DNA of 64,000 nucleotides from an uncultured Gammaproteobacteria bacterium (GTDB lineage Bacteria; Cyanobacteriota; Vampirovibrionia; Gastranaerophilales; UBA9971): NCBI GenBank assembly GCA_964558005.1, contig CAZLCO010000006.1, positions 563 to 64,562 of the forward strand, read 5' to 3'. Shown piece by piece: positions 57,279 to 64,000 of this stretch (position 1 is its first letter; each line of letters starts with the position of its first letter). The notes under the pieces were generated by a model. It saw only the letters and a program-made list of their open reading frames with translations, ran no database searches and was not told where the DNA came from. The position numbers and the translations under genes were made by a program.

Positions 57279-59121
57279 AATTAAATCTTTTTTTGGTACT
57301 TTCCTTTGTAACATCATACCAGATAAGGGTACCAAAAATTCTCCATAATACAGATGAGTTAATTGATTTTTCCTCAATTTTTCTCTTTAAAACCTCAATA
57401 TTAAAGATGCCTGACTCCCGAGCCGGGTCTGAATCCAGCATTGACAGCAGATGGTTCTTAAACAAACCGTATATCCACAAGTCATCAGGGGCCTGAAAGC
57501 CCATTTTATCCTTTCTTTCAGTTATTTTAGAGGGCAAAGTGTTTTTCATTGCGTTACGTAGAACATACTTGGTTTTTCCGTTATTAATTATCTGTTTATC
57601 AGGCAAGGAGTAAACATATTCTACTAACTTGTAATCCAGAAACGGTACTCTGGACTCAATAGAATGCGCCATCGAATTTCTGTCGGCGTAGTGGAGCAGT
57701 GCAGGAAGTCCATTAAACTTTGTCCTTTTATAAAGAGCATTCCTGAAAATGTTGCTATATTGCTTTCTATGACGGGGTTTGCCGCTGCTAATAACCTCAC
57801 TGCTTAAAAAGTTGAAACATTCAGGGTTTATATGTTTTGAGCTATTTTTGAAAAGATATCTAAAACTGTATTTGTGATCAGTTTTTATGAAAAAAAGTTC
57901 GTTTAAGAATGTTATGAAATTTTTACTTTTAAGCAGGGAAGCCAAATAAATCGGAAAAAAAGAATGATATCCCCCAAGGTACTCATCAGCCCCTTGTCCG
58001 TCTAGAATTACCTTAATATTGTCCTGTCCTGCCGCCTTGAATATATTATACTGGTTGTTGATACTCCCGTTAATTGTAGGTCCGTCCATATGCCATATTA
58101 TTTTTCTGATATTTTCGATGAATTCCTCAGGGCTGGTATAAATATGGTGAGCATCTACGTTTGTATGGTTTTCCACCTCTTTTACAAACTCTGTTTCATC
58201 GTGCCTTCTGTCTTTATGGCAGGAGCTATATGTTTTCATTAGCGGCGCATCCGGGATTTCTTTTAAAAATTTAGTTGCCAGACAAACTATTGAAGAAGAG
58301 TCCAGTCCTCCTGACAGACAACCTGCTACAGGCACATCGCTCCTTAACCTGTATTTTACAGAACGTTTGAATTCTTCATAAAATCCTTCGGCATATTCAG
58401 AATTTGATCTGTTTTTTTTAATGTTTTTGAGGTCTATGTCCCAGTATTCATATACATTTACTTGGGGGTTATCTTCGGACAGGTCTAATACAAGGTTATT
58501 AGCTCCCGGGAGCTGATATATTCCATCATAAAGCGTATCGGAAACATTTGGCTGTTCTTCTGAGATATATTCATAAACTGCGCTTTTATTAACATTAAAG
58601 TTGTACTCAGGGTGTAATAATATTTGCTTTGCTTCAGAAGCAAATATAAAAACATTGTTACTTTTAAAGTAACAGAAAGGTTTTATTCCAAATCTATCCC
58701 TTGAGCAGAATAATTTGTTTTTATTCCTGTCCCATATAGCAAAAGCCCACATCCCATTGAACTTTTCCACACAATTTTCGCCCCATTCCTGATAAGCTTT
58801 AATTATAACTTCTGTATCAGTTTGGCTTCTGAAGTTGTAGCCCCTTGCCAGGAGCTTTTCCCGAATTTCTATATAATTATATACTTCACCGTTATAAGTA
58901 ATCCATAAATTCTTGTCGTCACTTGTCATAGGTTGATGTCCGGCTTCTGACAAATCAAGGATTGAAAGTCTTCTATGCCCAAAAGCCAGTCCACAATCAT
59001 CATCAAAATAATATCCTTCATCATCAGGTCCCCTGTACGAAATAATATTATTCATATATGAAATTAAATCTCTATTGACCGACTTTTTATTTAGGTTTAT
59101 TATTCCGGTTATTCCGCACAT
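57253..59121 (-). CDS. Asparagine synthase (glutamine-hydrolysing)-like amidotransferase 2
   Basis: 622 aa with MCGITGI and PP-loop SGGLDSS. Paralogue of 44047-45960. Confidence 0.85.
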   Translation of the reverse strand: MCGITGIINLNKKSVNRDLISYMNNIISYRGPDDEGYYFDDDCGLAFGHRRLSILDLSEAGHQPMTSDDKNLWITYNGEVYNYIEIREKLLARGYNFRSQTDTEVIIKAYQEWGENCVEKFNGMWAFAIWDRNKNKLFCSRDRFGIKPFCYFKSNNVFIFASEAKQILLHPEYNFNVNKSAVYEYISEEQPNVSDTLYDGIYQLPGANNLVLDLSEDNPQVNVYEYWDIDLKNIKKNRSNSEYAEGFYEEFKRSVKYRLRSDVPVAGCLSGGLDSSSIVCLATKFLKEIPDAPLMKTYSSCHKDRRHDETEFVKEVENHTNVDAHHIYTSPEEFIENIRKIIWHMDGPTINGSINNQYNIFKAAGQDNIKVILDGQGADEYLGGYHSFFPIYLASLLKSKNFITFLNELFFIKTDHKYSFRYLFKNSSKHINPECFNFLSSEVISSGKPRHRKQYSNIFRNALYKRTKFNGLPALLHYADRNSMAHSIESRVPFLDYKLVEYVYSLPDKQIINNGKTKYVLRNAMKNTLPSKITERKDKMGFQAPDDLWIYGLFKNHLLSMLDSDPARESGIFNIEVLKRKIEEKSINSSVLWRIFGTLIWYDVTKESTKKRFNYENTYNTR

Positions 59122-60248
59122 AAAAGCTCCTTAACCAGATCTTTCATCAGTATAATGTTTTTTTCGGAATTTATTTCTTTTGCAGCTTTATCTGAGTTTT
59201 TTTTGTAGTTTTCAATATCTTCTATGGATAAGGCATTTAATTGTTTTGCCAGGTTTTCGGGATTAAAATTGTCATTAAAAATACCGCAATTATAATTTTT
59301 TATTATTTTATTTATTTCAGGATAAGGCCCTGACACAACCATTAAGCGTGCCTGTATATATTCAAATAATTTATTTGGCAGGCTATGTTTGACATTAAAA
59401 CTTGTATTTTTTTGTATAAAAAATAAACCAATATCATACTTGTTTGTAAAACTTATAATATCCTTTCTGGGAACGGGAGGAATTATTTTTATTCTGGAAT
59501 TTTGGACAATTTTTCCCTTTAAAGTTTTAATATAATCATTTTCAGCAATAAGCATTAAATCAAGATAAAACTTTTCATCCAGGTAATCCATTAATTTAAT
59601 CATAGAGTCCATTTTTCTTGAAAAAGAATTTGCTCTGCCATGATAAATAATTTTTATTTTATTATCCGTTTTTGACGGGCTCAGGTTAATATGTTCAGTT
59701 GCATTAGTCAATACAATGGATTCTATTCCCAAGTCCTGTTTGAATTTATCGGAAATAGAATCGCAAACAGTTAACAGTTTGTCAATTTTAGGTAAATATT
59801 TTTTGCATATATAGATGTTGAATTTTTTATAAAAAAATCTCCAAAAAAATTTTTCTTCATACATTGTAAGCGGATATTCATGTTCATCCACAATAATTTT
59901 TGCGCCATTGGCAATGCTTAAAGCTGCTGGAATAGAATAATAATTATGCGTAATAATTAAATCAAACTTTTCATTTTTTAAAATTTTTTTGGTTTCAGTG
60001 TTAAAATCAAATTTTCTCCAATAAACCTTATCGTATAAACCAACTTTAAGCTGTATTAACTCAAGGATACGTTCTAATTTGTTCAGGGGCCTGAGCTTAA
60101 GAGGTATGAACCTGACGTTTTCAACCCGGGGAGGATGCGTACCCACGCAAGTAACTTCGTATTCATTTTTTAAATTTGTTATTTGCCTGTAGGACCTTGG
60201 ATCTTTATAAAAATCAAAATAACCGATTATTAATATTTTTTTCTTCAT
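59109..60248 (-). CDS. GT-B fold glycosyltransferase (GT4-like)
   Basis: MKKKILIIGYF start (alternative ATG at 60290). C-terminal LPNKLFEYIQARLMVV motif. Confidence 0.7.
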   Translation of the reverse strand: MKKKILIIGYFDFYKDPRSYRQITNLKNEYEVTCVGTHPPRVENVRFIPLKLRPLNKLERILELIQLKVGLYDKVYWRKFDFNTETKKILKNEKFDLIITHNYYSIPAALSIANGAKIIVDEHEYPLTMYEEKFFWRFFYKKFNIYICKKYLPKIDKLLTVCDSISDKFKQDLGIESIVLTNATEHINLSPSKTDNKIKIIYHGRANSFSRKMDSMIKLMDYLDEKFYLDLMLIAENDYIKTLKGKIVQNSRIKIIPPVPRKDIISFTNKYDIGLFFIQKNTSFNVKHSLPNKLFEYIQARLMVVSGPYPEINKIIKNYNCGIFNDNFNPENLAKQLNALSIEDIENYKKNSDKAAKEINSEKNIILMKDLVKELLCAE

Positions 60249-60393
60249 TATTAAAGCGATTCCAACTAAAAAATGCTTAACTTTAATCATAATTTATAGG
60301 GAGTTTTAAGGCAATAAATTCAGACTTACTTGATAAAGCTTTGCGCAACAGAGCATTATAGACTTGTGCCATATCAGTATGAGCCACTAAAAT

Positions 60394-61818
60394 TTAAAAG
60401 TTACTATCCTCATAATCAAGAAACTTGTTTAAATCGAAAAATTCCCTCACTGCGCCGAGTTTTCCTGAGCGCAGATGTATTTTGTTTTCCAATAATTCCA
60501 GTTTGTCTGCAAGGATGCCGGATGTTGTATTTAAAATATTAACGAAGCTTTGCTGGTTTAATTCTGCGGGGATACAAACATAACCCGTTTCTCGTGAGAG
60601 TTTTATGGCGGCTTCAATAAATGGCTCTATGTCTTCTGAATAAAGGTTATCTGAAGGATTCTGGGAAATTTTTTCAAAATTTTTAAGATGACTGTTAATT
60701 ATCTCAAGCTGTTGCCCGGCAAAGGTCCTGTAAGAATATTTTTGAGAAGCAATTAATTTTTCATAACATGAATCTATCATATTTTTTACGAGTACACTAT
60801 CCTGCATTTGCTCAAAAACATCAGATATATTTGAAAAATCAGGTTTTAATTCAATGTAGTCTTCCCCTGGGACAAGCTCAAGGTATTCTCCTTCAATGAG
60901 TATCTGGCAGGACTTTGTCATTGCAGCCTCGAACAGTCTTGGAGATATAGAGCTGAACTTATACCTGTCTTCCCCGGGAAAGCAAGCCGCTTCTATTTCT
61001 TCAAAACTGGCTTCAGGGTTTGCCTTTTCGTACTCCTCACTTTTTTTCCATATTAGCCCATAAGGGTCGTTTACACTGCAGCCGCTTTCGCATCCCAGTG
61101 TAAATTTTGAATTACCGAGAAATTCAAACCATTTTTCACCTAATAATGTTTTATTTAAGTCATTTGAGACGTCAAGATTTAAATCTTCGCTCTGGTTAAT
61201 TTTTTTAAGTGCAGTTATAAAATTGTTGCTCAGGTCTGATTTTATTTTTCCGTGCCGTCCATAGCGGGCAGGCAGGTTTTTTGACCTGAAACCCACGTCT
61301 ATGCTTCTTTGTTCAAAAGGCTGGCTGTATTTTTCCGCAATAGCTATATCTTTTTCATCAACGTAACCAGTCAGGGCTTTATAAAACGTGGTTTTTCCCT
61401 GGATAGAAGGATAGAGTATTTCCCTGTGATCATAAAGAGGAGTAAAAACACCGTCTATTTTCCATTTTTTTACCAGTTCTTCCAGAATTGCCGGTCTATG
61501 ATAATCATCCTGTGGAAATGCAAGTTTAACGGTATCTGGATTGACTAAAAAATTGTATTTTTCTGTTATTTCAGAAACAAAATCTTTATTATAATTTTTA
61601 TTATACAGGTTGCGGTTTCTAAGATATAAAAAAGTGACGTCCAGTATAACCGCATTAAATTTTTCATTCCTTAATTTTTCGCATACAGGGTCGTTATAGT
61701 GATGCAGAATATAATCATGTCCTCGTGCATATTTAACTAGGTTAAATGAAATATTTGTAACGGCTCGCCTGGCAGATTGGGTTATATTATTGTTTGCATG
61801 CAGTATTAATATTTTCAT
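60394..61818 (-). CDS. CgeB-like/GT-B type putative glycosyltransferase, paralogue 2
   Basis: MKILILHANNN start in a TAATG overlap with the upstream stop. FTLGCESGCS...ISPRLFEAAMTKSCQILIEG aligns along its length with 55980-57278. Confidence 0.6.
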   Translation of the reverse strand: MKILILHANNNITQSARRAVTNISFNLVKYARGHDYILHHYNDPVCEKLRNEKFNAVILDVTFLYLRNRNLYNKNYNKDFVSEITEKYNFLVNPDTVKLAFPQDDYHRPAILEELVKKWKIDGVFTPLYDHREILYPSIQGKTTFYKALTGYVDEKDIAIAEKYSQPFEQRSIDVGFRSKNLPARYGRHGKIKSDLSNNFITALKKINQSEDLNLDVSNDLNKTLLGEKWFEFLGNSKFTLGCESGCSVNDPYGLIWKKSEEYEKANPEASFEEIEAACFPGEDRYKFSSISPRLFEAAMTKSCQILIEGEYLELVPGEDYIELKPDFSNISDVFEQMQDSVLVKNMIDSCYEKLIASQKYSYRTFAGQQLEIINSHLKNFEKISQNPSDNLYSEDIEPFIEAAIKLSRETGYVCIPAELNQQSFVNILNTTSGILADKLELLENKIHLRSGKLGAVREFFDLNKFLDYEDSNF

Positions 61819-62192
61819 TATAGATAACCACAAAAATACAGTTTTAACTTATCCAGGATATTTTTATCCCTTATACTGACTTTTTTTGTATTATCAAGTT
61901 CAGGGAAATTTTTTTTCAGGTATTCTTTAACAGCAAAATCATTGTAAACAAAAATCAATATAATATCCGGATCCATGTTTTTAATTTTATCAGGTGGAAT
62001 TGTTTTATACTCGTGAAAAATTCCATTTGAGCTGTGGAATTTAGTATCCGCAAATGCCAGAATATTAAGTGCGGAAAAATCAAATTTTTCAAGAATATCT
62101 TTGGCATTTATACCTGCACCGTAAGCAACGATTTTTTTGCCTTTGTATTTATTTATTCTTTTCTGAAAATTAATTAATTGCAGTATTTTCAT
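61818..62192 (-). CDS. Free-standing YGAG Rossmann-like mini-domain protein (copy C)
   Basis: GKKIVAYGAGINAKDILEKFDFSALNILAFADTKF...YKTIPPDKIKNMDPDIILIFVY. ATG at 62192 follows AAAGGA; the alternative GTG at 62252 overlaps the upstream stop. Confidence 0.65.
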   Translation of the reverse strand: MKILQLINFQKRINKYKGKKIVAYGAGINAKDILEKFDFSALNILAFADTKFHSSNGIFHEYKTIPPDKIKNMDPDIILIFVYNDFAVKEYLKKNFPELDNTKKVSIRDKNILDKLKLYFCGYL

Positions 62193-62248
62193 AATTTTCC
62201 TTTTGGAATGAACTGCAACATTATCTTTTTTTAGAAGTTTTAACACTT

Positions 62249-62647
62249 TCACACCTTACCCAATAATTTTTCAAAAAATCCTTTTTTAACTAAAGGAATA
62301 GTCGGAATATTTTTTATTTCAGGGTAATAAGTGTTTATAAAAGTTTTAATTACATTATCGTAATAGGTAAATACAAGGATAATGTCAGGGTTTATTTCTT
62401 CTATTTCATCGGGTGAATACGATTTATAACCTTTAAAATCCTCTTTTTTATATAAATATTTACTGTCAACAAACCCAATAATATCAAGTTTTGATATATC
62501 ATATTCGTCCAGTACAAATTCCGCCATAAGCCCTGCGCCATAAGCGAGTATTTTTTTACCGGAATAAATTTCCGCTAATTGATTTATGCGGTTTTGTAAG
62601 TCTTTGTTTTTTAAAATCTCTACAATTTCATCAATTCTTTTTTGCAT
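62249..62647 (-). CDS. Free-standing YGAG Rossmann-like mini-domain protein (copy D)
   Basis: GKKILAYGAGLMAEFVLDEYDISKLDIIGFVDSKY...YKSYSPDEIEEINPDIILVFTY. ATG at 62647 gives an N-terminal length matching copy A; the alternative is TTG at 62749. Confidence 0.65.
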   Translation of the reverse strand: MQKRIDEIVEILKNKDLQNRINQLAEIYSGKKILAYGAGLMAEFVLDEYDISKLDIIGFVDSKYLYKKEDFKGYKSYSPDEIEEINPDIILVFTYYDNVIKTFINTYYPEIKNIPTIPLVKKGFFEKLLGKV

Positions 62648-62738
62648 ATCTTTCGTCCCAGTAATCCCGACAAACGTTAATTTTATTATGATAGTAGCAT
62701 ATATGGAAAAAGATGGGAAGGAAGCATTATGGCTTTGT

Positions 62739-63896
62739 TCAGGATTCAAAAAGCATTATTTTAAAACCAAGTTCATTTTTGATTTTAAAATCAGATAAAA
62801 AATCATAAATATCTGAAATGAGTTGAGTTGTTAAAACAATAAAATCAGGTTTAAGATCAGGAATATCTGCCGGTGAATAAATTAAATAATTACCTATTTT
62901 TTGCCCTTTTTTATCAGGGTCTGCATCAATAAATCCCTGTAAATTAAATACTGATAGGTCGTAAGACTTTTCAACGTTTCGGGCTAACTTCCCCGCCCCA
63001 TAAAAACAGACCTTACTTTCCCCAATTTCCGCCAGTAAACTTTTTAAAACTTCTTTTGTCAGGTTTGTTTTAATGTTATTTTTTATATTTTCATCTTCAA
63101 GGTTATCCATTAAAGATTCAATATACTTGGTTTTTTCCTGGATAATTTTATTTAAGAAATACACGTTAGAAATTATTTTTTCTTTTCGTGAAATTACATC
63201 TACAATATTATCTCTGTAAGACTCTATGTTATTTAATATAATATGCCTTACAACTTTTTCCCTGCTTAACCGGGCTCTTTCCGAAACAGAATATTCATAT
63301 TTTCTGCGCCTGTAAAAAAACAAGGGTTCTTCTATACAATAAACCCGCCAGCCTTTTGAAAGCATTTTAATATTAAAATCCCAGTCCTCAAAGCTGTTTC
63401 TCATTGTTTCATCATATCCACCCACTTCCTGCCAGATTTTTTTCCTGAATAAAACCGCATTAACAGCCTGATTCGCCGCTAAAAAGTCTATAAGGGTTTT
63501 CCCATCCGGTTTCCATAAATTATTCATCTCCCCGAAATTTTTTACATAACATTTTACAAACCCGATTTTTTCATCTTCATCCAGTATTTTAACCGCTTTT
63601 TCAAGAAAAGATTTTTCAAAATAATCATCTGCATCAAGGGGCAGGATATATTCGCCCTTTGCTTTTTCAATACCGAAGTTTCTTGCTGATGAGGGTCCTG
63701 CATTTTCTTTAAAATAAACTGCTGTTTTTGATTTATTATAATTTTTCAGTTTTTCTTTTGTTAAAGCATCATCTGAGCCATCATCAATAATAATTATTTC
63801 AAAATCCTGAAACGTCTGGTTTAAAATGCTTTCAGCCGCTTCATCAATGTATTTTCCCTGATTATAGCAGGGGATTATTACAGATACTCTGGGCAT
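62739..63896 (-). CDS. Fusion: GT2 (GT-A fold) glycosyltransferase + C-terminal YGAG mini-domain (copy E)
   Basis: 385 aa. The N-terminus VSVIIPCYNQ...IIIDDGSDD...LDADD is GT2-typical. After a coiled-coil linker, residues 294-385 are SKVCFYGAGKLARNVEKSYDLSVFNLQGFIDADP...KPDFIVLTT. Confidence 0.8.
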   Translation of the reverse strand: MPRVSVIIPCYNQGKYIDEAAESILNQTFQDFEIIIIDDGSDDALTKEKLKNYNKSKTAVYFKENAGPSSARNFGIEKAKGEYILPLDADDYFEKSFLEKAVKILDEDEKIGFVKCYVKNFGEMNNLWKPDGKTLIDFLAANQAVNAVLFRKKIWQEVGGYDETMRNSFEDWDFNIKMLSKGWRVYCIEEPLFFYRRRKYEYSVSERARLSREKVVRHIILNNIESYRDNIVDVISRKEKIISNVYFLNKIIQEKTKYIESLMDNLEDENIKNNIKTNLTKEVLKSLLAEIGESKVCFYGAGKLARNVEKSYDLSVFNLQGFIDADPDKKGQKIGNYLIYSPADIPDLKPDFIVLTTQLISDIYDFLSDFKIKNELGFKIMLFES

Positions 63897-63897
63897 A

Positions 63898-64000
63898 TTA
63901 TCCTCCCCATATATTCTTTATTAAATAACTCAAAGGCAGGTTCATGAGCGGATAGGCTTTTATTTTATTATTTTTTTCAAGCTCATGAATTACCCACGCT
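63898..64000 (-). CDS. 3' end of an unidentified upstream gene (cut by window edge)
   Basis: Minus-strand frame is open to the window edge, ending ...AWVIHELEKNNKIKAYPLMNLPLSYLIKNIWGG with TAA at 63898-63900, 1 nt before the GT2 start. Confidence 0.4.
   Translation of the reverse strand, partial: AWVIHELEKNNKIKAYPLMNLPLSYLIKNIWGG

Overview
AT-rich bacterial chromosomal window with no rRNA and no CRISPR array; the taxon cannot be assigned without a database search. The left part (1-29.3 kb) is mostly housekeeping: yjbQ, lysS, guaB, rsmD, glyS, purA, cutA, engB, dgkA, ispE, mutS and hpf, plus tRNA-Val and tRNA-Lys. Small accessory insertions interrupt it: a decayed IS-type transposase with a pentapeptide-repeat protein and a GH35 glycosidase next to tRNA-Val, a HepT/MntA toxin-antitoxin pair, a PTP-loop phosphatase operon, an unusual CDF-CBS-CorC fusion transporter, and a cytoplasmic GAF histidine kinase with a receiver-only regulator. 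At 29.3-33.3 kb a decayed integrative island sits in tRNA-Arg(CCG), bounded by a duplicated tRNA 3' segment, and carries a DUF4143-type ATPase, an integrase remnant and hipBA. From 33.4 kb to the window end (over 30 kb, visibly more AT-rich) lies a large glycosylation locus in which no encoded protein looks membrane-bound. It has two tandem Maf-like (DUF115/MptE-like) proteins, a complete wbpA-B-D-E-I set for UDP-2,3-diacetamido-2,3-dideoxy-mannuronic acid, two AsnB-like amidotransferases, two SDR enzymes, and GT2, GT4 and CgeB-like transferases. The most notable part is a full homologue set of the Campylobacter phosphoramidate-donor pathway (glutamine kinase, CDP-glutamine hydrolase, cytidylyltransferase and an APS-kinase-fold kinase, plus a methyltransferase), co-encoded with sulfotransferase-fold proteins. 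A roughly 90-aa YGAG Rossmann-like mini-domain recurs six times in this locus, four times free-standing beside transferases and twice fused to them. All functional calls rest on motifs and gene context read by eye; no searches were run.
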